A stretch of 64,000 nt of DNA from Pseudomonadota bacterium (GTDB lineage: Bacteria > Pseudomonadota > Gammaproteobacteria > Steroidobacterales > Steroidobacteraceae): the NCBI GenBank assembly GCA_947449495.1, contig CANFSB010000003.1:16933-80932 (forward strand), given 5' to 3'. Numbering within the stretch: position 1 is the stretch's first letter; every line of letters starts with the position of its first letter. A program made the position numbers and the translations under genes. The notes beneath the pieces were generated by a model. That model saw nothing but the letters and a program-made list of their open reading frames with translations, did not search any database and was not told the DNA's origin. Of this stretch, positions 52,213 to 62,097 are shown in pieces.

Positions 52213-54918
52213 ATGGTGTCGATGAAGCAGGCCGCGCTGGATGACGAGGAAGGCGCCGAGCCGGCCGCACACCTCGACTGGCCGCTGCTCGATGGCCTGG
52301 CTGCCACGCTGGCAGATCAGGGCTACACACCCGATGCCTTCCGCGCAGCTGTGCAGCAGTCGCAGCGCGAACTGCACGAATTTTTCACTGCCGAGTATTC
52401 GGTTGATGCGTTGGTGCGCGCGCGCGCGCGATTTTTGGACTTGCTGTTGCAGCAAGCCTGGCAGCAACAGCTCGATGCAGACTTAGGCGCACGGCTAACG
52501 CTGGCGGCAGTGGGCGGCTACGGACGCGGCGAACTGCACCCGGCTTCAGACGTCGACCTGCTGGTACTGGTGCCCGACTCTGCGCCACTGCACGAAGCAG
52601 AACGCGCCCAAATAGAACGGCTGGTCGCGTTCCTGTGGGACATCGGACTGGAGCCTGGTCACAGCGTCCGCACACCTGACCAATGCGCCGAAGAAAGCGT
52701 GGCCGATGTCACAGTGATGACCACGCTCATCGAAGCACGATTGCTGGCAGGCGATGCGCAACTGTTGCTGCAAATGCAAGTCGCGCTGGCACCAGAGCAT
52801 GTCTGGTCAGCGCGGGACTTTTTCACCGCCAAGGTACATGAACAGCAGGAGCGTCACGCCAAGGCCAACGACACTGCTTACAACCTCGAGCCCAATGTCA
52901 AAACCGGCCCCGGCGGGCTGCGCGACCTGCAGACCATTGCTTGGGTTGCCAAGCGCCACTTCGGTGCCCAATCACTCGATGAGCTGGTTACTCATGGCTA
53001 TCTGACGCAGGGCGAACTGCGCAAACTCAAGGCAGCGCAATCGTTTCTGTGGAAGGTGCGCTTTGGCCTGCATGTGCTCACCGGTCGCCACGAAGACCGA
53101 CTGCTGTTTGATCATCAGATCCGTCTGGCACAGATCTTCGGCTACGAAGACGCCTCGTACACACTGGCTGTCGAACAGCTCATGCAGCGTTACTACCGCA
53201 CTGTGCTGGATGTCAGCTTCCTCAACGAACTGCTGTTGCAGCTGTTTCGCGATGCGATTTTGTCGGACAACAGTCCGCCGCAGCCGCTGAACCCGCGCTT
53301 TCAAATCCGCAATGGCTACCTTGATGCAGTAGGCCCGGAAATTTTCGCGCGCTCACCGTCGGTGCTGCTCGAACTGTTCGTGCTGTTGCAGCAAAACCCG
53401 CAAATCAGTGGCGTGCGCGCCTCGACCATGCGCGCTGTGGCGCGCAACCTATGGTTGATCGACGAAGAGTTCCGGCAGAACCCGCGCCATCACCGCTTGT
53501 TCCTCGAGATTTTGCGCGCACCGGTGGGCGTCACGCATGAACTGCGACGCATGAACACCTACGGCGTGCTGGGTCGTTACATCCCGGCCTTCGGTCGCAT
53601 CGTCGGCCGTATGCAATACGACCTGTTCCATGCCTACACAGTCGACGCGCATACGCTGTTTGTGCTGAGCAACTTGCGCCGCTTGGCTATGCCCAAGTAC
53701 GACCACGAATTACCACAACTGTCAGGTTTAATGCAGAACCTGCCCCGCCCAGAAATTGCCTATCTGGCCGCACTATTCCATGACATCGCCAAGGGCCGCG
53801 GCGGTGATCATTCGGATCTGGGCTCGGTAGATGCAGAGGCTTTCTGCCTCGAACAAGGCCTATCCCGCTATGACGCAAGACTGGTGGCCTGGTTAGTGCG
53901 CAATCATTTGCAGTTATCGTTAACTGCCCAAAAGAAAGACATCAGCGACCCGCAGGTGGTCAACGCCTTCGCCGCCATGGTCGGCGATGAAACCCATCTC
54001 GACTACTTGTATGTGCTGACCTGCTCCGATGTGCGGGGCACCAATCCTCGGCTGTGGAATTCGTGGAAGGCCTCGCTGTTCCAGGAGTTCTACGAGCGCG
54101 TGCGTGCCGCCCTGCGACGGGGGCTTGAAAGTCCCATCGATCAGGACCAACTACTGCGCGAACAGCAGGACGGTGCGCGGGCGTTACTGTCAGCGCAAAA
54201 CATCGCCAACGAGACTATCGATAGCGTCTGGGGACGTTTCAATGCCGCCTATTTCCTGCGCCACACGCCCGAGGAAATCGCTTGGCATACGCAACTGCTG
54301 ATCAGCCGCGACACCGCCAGCGACGAGCCACTGGTAGCCGTTGATCCAGAGAGTGAGCGCGGCACCACTGCAGTGCTTATTTATGCACCCCATCGCCGCC
54401 ACAGCTTTGCGCGCGCCACAGCCGTGCTCGACCAACTGGGCCTGACCATTGTCGATGCGCGCATTACGCCCACCGAAGATGGTCGCAGTCTCGACATCTA
54501 TCACGTGCTCGAGGAACAAGGTTCACCCATCTCGGACCCGGAACGCATTAACGAGATCAACGAACGGCTGTGGGTGTCGTTGCAGCGTCCCGAAGAGTCA
54601 CCCTTGGCTGTGTCGCGTCGCGCACCACGTCAAGTGCGCATGTTCAACACGCCCACCACCATCACCGTCAGCACCGACGAATACAACAACCGCTCGGTGG
54701 TCGAGCTGGTGGCCGGCGACCGGCCCGGTCTGCTGTGCGATGTCGGCAAAGTGCTCTGGGAAGAGCGCGTTGATTTGCTCGGTGCGCGCGTCAGCACCGT
54801 GGGCGAGCGCGCCGAAGACGTGTTTTATGTCACCGACACTGCGCAGCAACCTCTGCCCGGCCCAGCCGCAGAGGCACTGCGACAAAAACTACTGGCAGCG
54901 CTGCGGCGCAATTTATAA
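52213..54918 (+). CDS. glnD: [protein-PII] uridylyltransferase / uridylyl-removing enzyme
   Basis: 901 aa. Nucleotidyltransferase GGYGRGELHPASDVDLLVL, an HD domain and two C-terminal ACT domains. Conserved map-glnD-dapD context. Confidence 0.94.
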   Translation: MVSMKQAALDDEEGAEPAAHLDWPLLDGLAATLADQGYTPDAFRAAVQQSQRELHEFFTAEYSVDALVRARARFLDLLLQQAWQQQLDADLGARLTLAAVGGYGRGELHPASDVDLLVLVPDSAPLHEAERAQIERLVAFLWDIGLEPGHSVRTPDQCAEESVADVTVMTTLIEARLLAGDAQLLLQMQVALAPEHVWSARDFFTAKVHEQQERHAKANDTAYNLEPNVKTGPGGLRDLQTIAWVAKRHFGAQSLDELVTHGYLTQGELRKLKAAQSFLWKVRFGLHVLTGRHEDRLLFDHQIRLAQIFGYEDASYTLAVEQLMQRYYRTVLDVSFLNELLLQLFRDAILSDNSPPQPLNPRFQIRNGYLDAVGPEIFARSPSVLLELFVLLQQNPQISGVRASTMRAVARNLWLIDEEFRQNPRHHRLFLEILRAPVGVTHELRRMNTYGVLGRYIPAFGRIVGRMQYDLFHAYTVDAHTLFVLSNLRRLAMPKYDHELPQLSGLMQNLPRPEIAYLAALFHDIAKGRGGDHSDLGSVDAEAFCLEQGLSRYDARLVAWLVRNHLQLSLTAQKKDISDPQVVNAFAAMVGDETHLDYLYVLTCSDVRGTNPRLWNSWKASLFQEFYERVRAALRRGLESPIDQDQLLREQQDGARALLSAQNIANETIDSVWGRFNAAYFLRHTPEEIAWHTQLLISRDTASDEPLVAVDPESERGTTAVLIYAPHRRHSFARATAVLDQLGLTIVDARITPTEDGRSLDIYHVLEEQGSPISDPERINEINERLWVSLQRPEESPLAVSRRAPRQVRMFNTPTTITVSTDEYNNRSVVELVAGDRPGLLCDVGKVLWEERVDLLGARVSTVGERAEDVFYVTDTAQQPLPGPAAEALRQKLLAALRRNL

Positions 54919-55005
54919 GCCCTGCCCTAGACCTGCGGCATGGCTTGCCATGGCGCAGCCTTGACCGCAGGATGCGCATCTTCCCCTGACAACCGGCTGC
55001 ACCCC

Positions 55006-55833
55006 ATGACCGACACACTGCAAAAAACAATTGAATCCGCTTTCGAGCGTCGCGCCGAGATCACCCCCGCCACTGCCGATGCAGCCACGCGTGCAGCAAT
55101 TGAAGAGTGCATCGGCATGCTGGACAGCGGCCGCGCGCGCATCGCGCAGCAGGTCGGCGACAGCTGGCAGGTCAACGAGTGGCTCAAGAAATCGGTGCTG
55201 CTGTACTTCCGCATCAATGAAAACCAGATCATCGATTCCGGCGGCGTGCGGTGGTACGACAAGGTGCCTCTCAAATTTGCCGATCAGGATGCGGTGCAAC
55301 TGCGTGCCGGCGGTGTGCGCGTCGTGCCGGCGGCCACTGCGCGCCGCGGCGCTTACATCGCGCCCAACGTGGTGTTGATGCCCTCCTACGTCAACATTGG
55401 TGCCTATGTGGACAGCGGCACCATGGTCGACACCTGGGCCACTGTGGGCTCGTGTGCGCAGATCGGTCGCAACGTGCATCTGTCTGGCGGTGTGGGCATC
55501 GGTGGCGTGCTGGAGCCGCTGCAGGCCTCCCCCACCATCATCGAAGACGACTGCTTCATTGGCGCACGTTCAGAAGTGGTCGAAGGCGTCATCATCGGTC
55601 GCGGCTCGGTGTTGGCGATGGGCGTGTTCATCAGCCAAAGCACGCGCATCTATGATCGCGAGACCGGTCAGATCAGCTACGGCCGCGTGCCGCCGGGTTC
55701 GGTGGTGGTGCCGGGCAGCCTGCCTTCGGCCGATGGCCGTTACAGCCTGGCCTGCGCCGTCATCGTCAAGAAGGTCGACGAGAAAACCCGCAGCAAGACC
55801 TCGATCAACGAGCTGCTGCGGATGATCGACTGA
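55006..55833 (+). CDS. dapD: 2,3,4,5-tetrahydropyridine-2,6-dicarboxylate N-succinyltransferase
   Basis: 275 aa from ATG 55006 in ORF 54940..55833. Hexapeptide repeats ...[30 protein letters not shown]... Confidence 0.94.
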   Translation: MTDTLQKTIESAFERRAEITPATADAATRAAIEECIGMLDSGRARIAQQVGDSWQVNEWLKKSVLLYFRINENQIIDSGGVRWYDKVPLKFADQDAVQLRAGGVRVVPAATARRGAYIAPNVVLMPSYVNIGAYVDSGTMVDTWATVGSCAQIGRNVHLSGGVGIGGVLEPLQASPTIIEDDCFIGARSEVVEGVIIGRGSVLAMGVFISQSTRIYDRETGQISYGRVPPGSVVVPGSLPSADGRYSLACAVIVKKVDEKTRSKTSINELLRMID

Positions 55834-56664
55834 TCAGCCGAAGCGGCCCGTAATGTAATCCTCGGTCAGCTTGTGCCGGGGATTGGTGAAGATGCGGTCG
55901 GTCTCACCGACCTCGATCAAATCACCCAAATGAAAATACGCGGTGCGCTGCGACACGCGCGCCGCCTGCTGCATCGAGTGGGTCACGATGATGATCGCGT
56001 AGCTGGCGCGCAGCTCATCAATCAAATCTTCGATGCGTGCGGTGGCAATGGGGTCGAGCGCTGAACAGGGCTCGTCCATCAAAATGACTTCGGGGTTCAC
56101 CGCAATAGTGCGCGCAATGCAAAGACGCTGCTGCTGACCGCCCGACAGGCTGGTGCCCGGCGCGGCCAGACGATCCTTGACCTCTTCCCACAAGCCTGCC
56201 CGCTTGAGGCTGGTCTGCACAATCTCATCCAACTCGATGCGATCGGCGGCCAAACCATGAATGCGCGGCCCGTAAGCCACGTTGTCATAGATGGACTTGG
56301 GAAACGGATTGGGCTTCTGAAACACCATGCCGATGCGTGCGCGCAGCTGCACCACGTCCTGGCGTTTTTCGTAGATGTCCTGGCCTTCCAACTGCAAAGA
56401 GCCGGTGACGCGTGCACCATCGATGGTGTCGTTCATGCGGTTGAAGCAGCGCAGGAAAGTCGACTTGCCACATCCCGACGGACCGATCATTGCCAGAACC
56501 TGGTTGTTGGCAATGTCGATGCTTACGTCTTTGAGCGCACGCTTGTCGCCGTAAAAAACGTTCACGCCACGCGCTGTGATGAGCGGCTGCGGAACCGTGA
56601 CCACACCGGTGGTCTTGCACTCGGGCGGCACTGGCGGAACCGTCGAATTGGCAATGTCAGTCAT
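55834..56664 (-). CDS. pstB: phosphate ABC transporter ATP-binding protein
   Basis: 276 aa. Walker [23 protein letters not shown], and the PstB-specific ...FNRMND... motif. Confidence 0.96.
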   Translation of the reverse strand: MTDIANSTVPPVPPECKTTGVVTVPQPLITARGVNVFYGDKRALKDVSIDIANNQVLAMIGPSGCGKSTFLRCFNRMNDTIDGARVTGSLQLEGQDIYEKRQDVVQLRARIGMVFQKPNPFPKSIYDNVAYGPRIHGLAADRIELDEIVQTSLKRAGLWEEVKDRLAAPGTSLSGGQQQRLCIARTIAVNPEVILMDEPCSALDPIATARIEDLIDELRASYAIIIVTHSMQQAARVSQRTAYFHLGDLIEVGETDRIFTNPRHKLTEDYITGRFG

Positions 56665-56698
56665 GGAGGTAAGGCCTCGGAGTGTGGAAGCGCATCGC

Positions 56699-57988
56699 CT
56701 ACCAGCGACGCTCGAAACGATTGCGCAGAATCACGGCAGTAGCGTTCATCAGCACCAGAAACGCCAACAACACCAAAATGGCACCTGATGTGCGCTCAAC
56801 AAAAGCGCGCTCGGGACTGTCAGCCCACAGAAACACCTGCACCGGTAAGACGGTCGCAGGCGACGACAAACTTCCCGGCACATCGACGATGAAGGCCACC
56901 ATACCGATCATCAGCAGCGGCGCTGTTTCGCCCAAGGCGCGGGCCATGCCGATGATGGTGCCGGTGAGCATGCCCGGCATGGCCAATGGCAACACGTGGT
57001 GCAAGACGGTTTGAATAGGCGAAGCGCCCATACCGATTGCCGCTTCTCGAATCGAAGGAGGCACGCCTTTGAGTGCAGCGCGCGAAGCGATGATGATAGT
57101 AGGCAAGGTCAGCAGCGCCAACACCAAACCACCGACCAGCGGCGCGGAGCGCGGCATGCCAAAGAAGTTGAGGAACATGGCCAACCCCAGCAGGCCGTAC
57201 ACAATAGATGGCACTGCCGCCAGGTTATTGATGTTGACCTCGATGAGATCCGTCCAGCGATTGCGACGCGCAAATTCCTCTAGATAAATAGCCGTGGCCA
57301 CTGCTACCGGGAACGACAGCAGCAGCGTCACGCCAAGCGTATACAGGCTGCCCACCACAGCGCCCCACACACCGGCCTGCTCGGGCTCGCGCGAATCACC
57401 ATGCGTAAAGAAGACTTTGTTGAATCGTAATTCCAGCGCCTTGCTAGCCTTCAGCGCATCGACCCAGTCCAATTGCTGATCGGAAAGACTGCGGTCAACC
57501 TCTGGCGTACTGCGGGTGATATTGCCCTTGAGATACTGGTCCACCTTGTCATCGGCCAGGAAGGTAAGCATCTGATGCGTGCCGACGCGTTTAGGGTCCG
57601 CCTGCACCAATGCCTGCAGATCCTGAACCGCAGAACCACTGACCAACTCGACCAACTGACGCGTGGCAGCGCGCCCTTCCACATCCATAAAGCGCTGTTT
57701 GAGACTGCCTCGCACCAAGGCCACGTAATCCGCCGTGGCCAACAACTCTGTATCGACAGTGCCATCGGGGTACAGGACCTCAGGATCGATGAACACATCC
57801 AGCGTGACATAGGCTTGGCGAAAAGCCGGTGCACCCTTGGCGATGATCGACCCGAACAGCAGGATGACAAACAGCACACCGATGCTGACTGCCGCAATGC
57901 CATAGGCCTGAAAGCGCAGCTCTGCCAAGCGCCGGCGTCGCAGGCTCTTTTCTACCAAGGCACGCGTCTGTGCAACCGTCTTACTCAT
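56699..57988 (-). CDS. pstA: phosphate ABC transporter permease PstA (long form)
   Basis: 429 aa from ATG 57988 in ORF 56699..58099. 8-nt overlap with pstC. Large periplasmic insert after TM1, and the EAA-like loop ...[15 protein letters not shown]... Confidence 0.9.
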   Translation of the reverse strand: MSKTVAQTRALVEKSLRRRRLAELRFQAYGIAAVSIGVLFVILLFGSIIAKGAPAFRQAYVTLDVFIDPEVLYPDGTVDTELLATADYVALVRGSLKQRFMDVEGRAATRQLVELVSGSAVQDLQALVQADPKRVGTHQMLTFLADDKVDQYLKGNITRSTPEVDRSLSDQQLDWVDALKASKALELRFNKVFFTHGDSREPEQAGVWGAVVGSLYTLGVTLLLSFPVAVATAIYLEEFARRNRWTDLIEVNINNLAAVPSIVYGLLGLAMFLNFFGMPRSAPLVGGLVLALLTLPTIIIASRAALKGVPPSIREAAIGMGASPIQTVLHHVLPLAMPGMLTGTIIGMARALGETAPLLMIGMVAFIVDVPGSLSSPATVLPVQVFLWADSPERAFVERTSGAILVLLAFLVLMNATAVILRNRFERRW

Positions 57989-59363
57989 ACTGTTCCCGGT
58001 ACTTGCGTACGACCTTGAGCGCGATGACGTTAAGCACCAGCGTGACCACAAACAGCACCAGCCCCAATGCAAAGGCCGCCAGTGTCTTGGGGCTGTCAAA
58101 CTCTTGGTCGCCGGTCAGCAACGTGACGATCTGCACTGTGACAGTGGTGACCGCCTCCAGCGGATTGGCCGTCATCTTGGCCGACAGGCCTGCCGCCATC
58201 ACCACAATCATGGTCTCGCCGATAGCGCGCGAGATGGCCAGCAACACACCACCGACGATGCCGGGCAACGCGGCCAGCAGCACCACCTGACGGATGGTTT
58301 CGGAGCGCGTCGCGCCCAGCGCATAGGCGCCATCGCGCAGCGACTGCGGCACTGCCGAAATCATGTCATCGGCCAGCGAAGAGATGAACGGAATGATCAT
58401 GATGCCCATGACCAAGCCCGCCGACAGCGCGCTCTCGGACGACACATCCAAGCCGACGCTCTCGCCAATGCCTCGCAGCAACGGCCCGACTGTCAGCGCA
58501 GCGAAGAAGCCATAGACCACAGTGGGTATACCGGCCAGCACCTCAAGCACAGGCTTGATGACCGAGCGCAGCCGACGGTCGGCGTATTCGGCCAAGTAGA
58601 TAGCCGAGAACAGCCCAACGGGCACTGCTACCAGCATGGCAATACCAGAGATCATCAGCGTACCCAGGAACAAGGGCACGGCACCGAAAGCACCAGAGGA
58701 GCCCACTTGATCGGCTCGAATCGCGGTCTGCGGGCTCCAGTCGAGGCCAAACAGAAACTCGTGGACCGGCACTGCGTGGAAAAACCGCAGTGACTCGTAC
58801 ACCACCGACAGCACGATACCCAGCGTGACGAACACGGCAATGGTGGAACAGGCCAGCAACAGCAACTCGACAATGCGCTCTACGGCGTTGCGCGCACGCA
58901 GCGTGGGTGCCAGCCGTGCGCGCACCACAAACAAACCAAACAACGCCACCACCAGCACCAGTGCGGCAAGCGACAAATCGGCAATGCCCCGCAACCTGGA
59001 GTATTCACGCGCGGCCGTGACCACCTCGGGGCGGGCCAACTCGGCAGGCACGTTACCGGCCACCACATTGCGGATTTCGTTTAGAAGCAAATCGTGGCTA
59101 CTGCCCTGGGCGAGTTGCAGCGTAGTGGGCATCGAGGTGGTAACAAGGTGCGTCAGAATCGCATCCTGACCGAGCGACCAGACCGACATGACAATCAGGG
59201 CCGGAATGGCGCACCACAACGCCGTCAACAAGCCGTAATAACCCGGTAGCGAATGCAGATTTCTGCTACTGCCACCGGCCAGCGACAGCGCACGGGACTT
59301 ACCGACCCAGAACGCGATCACCACCAGAACGGCCAGCGCCACCAAAAGCACGGAATGGGTCAT
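57981..59363 (-). CDS. pstC: phosphate ABC transporter permease PstC (long form)
   Basis: ORF 57981..59372 (TTG). ATG 59363 preferred (MTHSVLLVAL...), but the start is uncertain. ...LRDGAYALGATRSETI... permease loop. Confidence 0.9.
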   Translation of the reverse strand: MTHSVLLVALAVLVVIAFWVGKSRALSLAGGSSRNLHSLPGYYGLLTALWCAIPALIVMSVWSLGQDAILTHLVTTSMPTTLQLAQGSSHDLLLNEIRNVVAGNVPAELARPEVVTAAREYSRLRGIADLSLAALVLVVALFGLFVVRARLAPTLRARNAVERIVELLLLACSTIAVFVTLGIVLSVVYESLRFFHAVPVHEFLFGLDWSPQTAIRADQVGSSGAFGAVPLFLGTLMISGIAMLVAVPVGLFSAIYLAEYADRRLRSVIKPVLEVLAGIPTVVYGFFAALTVGPLLRGIGESVGLDVSSESALSAGLVMGIMIIPFISSLADDMISAVPQSLRDGAYALGATRSETIRQVVLLAALPGIVGGVLLAISRAIGETMIVVMAAGLSAKMTANPLEAVTTVTVQIVTLLTGDQEFDSPKTLAAFALGLVLFVVTLVLNVIALKVVRKYREQYE

Positions 59364-59427
59364 GTGTGGCAATACGGTGCAGAGGTTTCAGGGCAACTAA
59401 ACGCGATACTGTGTCGCAAGAACGTGA

Positions 59428-59457
59428 CGGGCCGGTGACACTTCTGCCACCGGCCCG
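59428..59457 (-). terminator. GC-rich stem-loop between the porin gene and pstC (attenuator/terminator candidate)
   Basis: CGGGCCGGTG-acacttctgc-CACCGGCCCG, a 10-bp stem 23 nt after the porin stop. No U-tract. Confidence 0.35.
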
Positions 59458-59479
59458 GCATTGTGCCCCAGAGCGGCGG

Positions 59480-60769
59480 TCAGAACTTGACGTTGGCGTC
59501 CAGCTGCAAGCGCTTGTACTCGCGATTGTAAACCGAACCGACGCCGGTAACCGACACCGGCACCGCCAGGTTGGTCTTGTTCATGAAATAGGTGAGGTTC
59601 AGAGTCCAATTGCGTGCCGGTGCATAGGCAGCCTTGATCACCCCGCCCTCCGCATCGGAGTTGCCCCCGCCAAAATCGGAGTCAATGTACTGGGCAAACA
59701 GCGCGTCCTTCTGCACCCGCTGCCAGTAATAGCCAATTTCCCAGGTTTGCGGGTCGCTGGCGCGGCCATACATAAAGCCCAGGCTGTAGGCCGTATCCAG
59801 ACCGTTTTTGGCCGCAGAGTTGTGTGTGTAGTCGCCATAGACCGACAACGGCCGGTTGTCGACCAAGGTCGAGTACTCCGCAATACCCTCTGCCACCTGG
59901 TAGCCCCAGCACAGCTTGGGCGTGGTGGCGCTGTACTGCGTCGAGTAGCACAGGTCGCCGACAGTGTTGTTGAGCAGCGTATTGCCGAAGTTTGACGTGC
60001 CGTCATAGAACGGCGACTGGTAGCGAACTTTGTTGTAGCTGAAATAGCCGGCCGCCAACATCAGCTTGCTGGATGAATTGATGTTGAATCGGTAGCCCAA
60101 CTGGCCGCCACCCATGGAGATCTCCGCGTTGGTCGCGTTCTCTTTGAGCTGGGTATAAAACGTGCTACCAAACAGCGCGCCGTCGTTATAGCCCAACGCA
60201 ATGCCCTCTGGGTTCACGTCACCATCAAACAACACACTGGAACCCGGCCGCACCCACGGATACTTCATCTTGCCAAAGGTCAACGTCAGCTCATTGGTCG
60301 GCTTCCATTCACCATAGGCCAGATCGATGTAGATCGGCTTGCGCGAATTGGAACCGGTCAAGGTCTGGTTGGACGAGCGCGGATCACCACCCTCTGCGGT
60401 GGCCAATTGCATCTCGACTCGCAGCGTGTCGTTGGCCTTGGCGACAAAGCCCGTGCGCAACCGGATACGGTCGCGGTTACGGCTCACCACATAAGCTTGG
60501 TCTATGTTCTCGTTGCGATAGCGCAGGTCACCCTTCCAGGTGAAATTGCCTACCCATGCGCCAACATTGCTGCGCACCTTGGCGATCTGATCCGTCTGAC
60601 GATCATTCGTGTCCTCCACTTCCTGCGCCTTGGTTTCAAGTTGATCAATGCGCTTTTGCAGAGCTTGCAGTGCCGCTTTGAGTTCGCTGATTTCGTCAGC
60701 GCGGGCCGGTGCAATGTTCAGCGCCAGCAAGCTGGCCAGGGCAGTGGCGGTCACGAATGTTTTCGTCAA
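59480..60769 (-). CDS. outer-membrane beta-barrel porin with N-terminal coiled coil (Pho-regulon-linked, putative anion/phosphate porin)
   Basis: 429 aa. TTG start 5 nt after a GGAGG SD. Signal peptide ...NIAPARA/DE, then a ~45-aa heptad-like segment ISELKAALQALQKRIDQLETKAQEVED. Alternating beta-strand pattern with a C-terminal ...LQLDANVKF (terminal Phe). The exact porin family is not determined. Confidence 0.75.
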   Translation of the reverse strand: MTKTFVTATALASLLALNIAPARADEISELKAALQALQKRIDQLETKAQEVEDTNDRQTDQIAKVRSNVGAWVGNFTWKGDLRYRNENIDQAYVVSRNRDRIRLRTGFVAKANDTLRVEMQLATAEGGDPRSSNQTLTGSNSRKPIYIDLAYGEWKPTNELTLTFGKMKYPWVRPGSSVLFDGDVNPEGIALGYNDGALFGSTFYTQLKENATNAEISMGGGQLGYRFNINSSSKLMLAAGYFSYNKVRYQSPFYDGTSNFGNTLLNNTVGDLCYSTQYSATTPKLCWGYQVAEGIAEYSTLVDNRPLSVYGDYTHNSAAKNGLDTAYSLGFMYGRASDPQTWEIGYYWQRVQKDALFAQYIDSDFGGGNSDAEGGVIKAAYAPARNWTLNLTYFMNKTNLAVPVSVTGVGSVYNREYKRLQLDANVKF

Positions 60770-60808
60770 TTAAACCTCCAATCTATAAATAGCGAATGTA
60801 TGCAAATC

Positions 60809-60835
60809 CGGTGGTGCCTTACTTGGCACCCACCG
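60809..60835 (-). other. stem-loop spanning the pstS stop codon (possible mRNA stabiliser or partial terminator)
   Basis: CGGTGGTGCC-ttactt-GGCACC(C)ACCG, with 10 bp and one bulge. The TAA stop sits in the loop. E. coli pst operons show analogous post-pstS structures. Confidence 0.35.
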
Positions 60836-61853
60836 TCTTGCGAACTTTGGCGAACTCCGAGGCGCTGAGCGGCACCAGGCCCTTGCCGGCCAGATAGCCC
60901 TCAGAGCCCATCGAACGCGGGCTGACAAATTCGGTGAGGAACTCGGTGATGCCCGGGATCACGCCGATATGTGCCTTCTTGACGTAGATGAACAGCGGAC
61001 GCGACACCGGGTACTTGCTGGAAGCGATGTTCTCGAAGCTCGGCGCAATACCGTCAATCAACGAGCCCTGCACTTGGGATGCATTCTCTTCAAGGAAGCT
61101 GTAACCGAAGATGCCCAGCACCTTGGGGTTGGCCACCAACTTCTGCACGAGCAGGTTGTCGTTCTCGCCGGCCTCGATATAGCTGCCGTCTTCACGCACC
61201 GTGTCGCACACCTTCTTGAAGCGCGCTTCGTCGACATCCTTGAGCGATTTGACCCAACCGAAGGTGGAGCAACCGGCCTCCATCACTAACTCGACAAAGG
61301 CATCTCGCGTGCCTGATGTGGGCGGCGGACCCAGCACCTCAATCTTGTCGGCGGGGAGAGTCTTGTTGATCTGGTTCCAGGTCTTGTACGGATTGGCGAT
61401 CAGGTTCTGGTTGTTGTCGGGATCCGGCACTGTCTTGGCCAGCGCCAGATACACCTCGCGGCGCGAAACCTTGAAAGCCTGCCCCTTCTTGGAATTGGCC
61501 AGCACGATGCCGTCATAGCCAATCTGCACTTCGAGAATGTCCTTCACACCGGCCTTACGGCAGCTGTCGATCTCGGAGGTTTTAATGGCACGCGAGGCAT
61601 TGGCAACGTCCGGGTACTGAGCGCCAACGCCCTCACAGAACAACTTGATGCCGCCGCCGGTGCCGGTGCTCTCGACCTTGGGCGTCTTGAACTTGCCGCC
61701 CTTGCCGAACTGCTCGGCAACCGTAGTGGTAAAGGGATAAACCGTTGAGGATCCGACGATGGAGATGTAATCACGGCCAGCCTGAGCAAAGGCCGTCGAA
61801 GCCAGTGCGGTGGCCAGAACTATCGACGACAACAGCGCGCGCTTGATGAACAC
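60819..61853 (-). CDS. pstS: phosphate ABC transporter substrate-binding protein (PstS family)
   Basis: 344 aa. GTG start 8 nt after a GGAGG SD. Signal peptide ...STAFA/QA. ...IVGSSTVYPF...TGTGGGIKLF... PBP-like_2 motifs. Confidence 0.9.
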   Translation of the reverse strand: MFIKRALLSSIVLATALASTAFAQAGRDYISIVGSSTVYPFTTTVAEQFGKGGKFKTPKVESTGTGGGIKLFCEGVGAQYPDVANASRAIKTSEIDSCRKAGVKDILEVQIGYDGIVLANSKKGQAFKVSRREVYLALAKTVPDPDNNQNLIANPYKTWNQINKTLPADKIEVLGPPPTSGTRDAFVELVMEAGCSTFGWVKSLKDVDEARFKKVCDTVREDGSYIEAGENDNLLVQKLVANPKVLGIFGYSFLEENASQVQGSLIDGIAPSFENIASSKYPVSRPLFIYVKKAHIGVIPGITEFLTEFVSPRSMGSEGYLAGKGLVPLSASEFAKVRKTVGAK

Positions 61854-61924
61854 GGGAAACCTCCGGGGTGGAATGCTCTGCCGAGCAGGCCAAAATGGCC
61901 TTAGTACTCGGTGCGCCGCAGTCT

Positions 61925-61953
61925 ATGACAGGTTTATTACAGTTATGTTTCAC
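61925..61953 (-). promoter_or_regulatory. Pho box (PhoB binding site) upstream of pstS
   Basis: Minus strand reads GTGAAAC-ataa-CTGTAAT-aaac-CTGTCAT: three 7-nt direct repeats at exact 11-nt phasing, the last two close to the E. coli consensus CTGTCAT-N4-CTGTCAT. The box ends about 70 nt upstream of the pstS start. Confidence 0.8.
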
Positions 61954-62097
61954 TGTCCACAGGGTGCTCAAAGAGGCGGCTGATGGCCCGGTCACAGCCC
62001 TTGCGCTCACAGCCCCCCGCCCGTATAACCGGCTCGCACCCGGCGCTGCCCTTCCCGTACTGCGCCGCCTTTCACCTCGACTTCGCGGAACACTACG

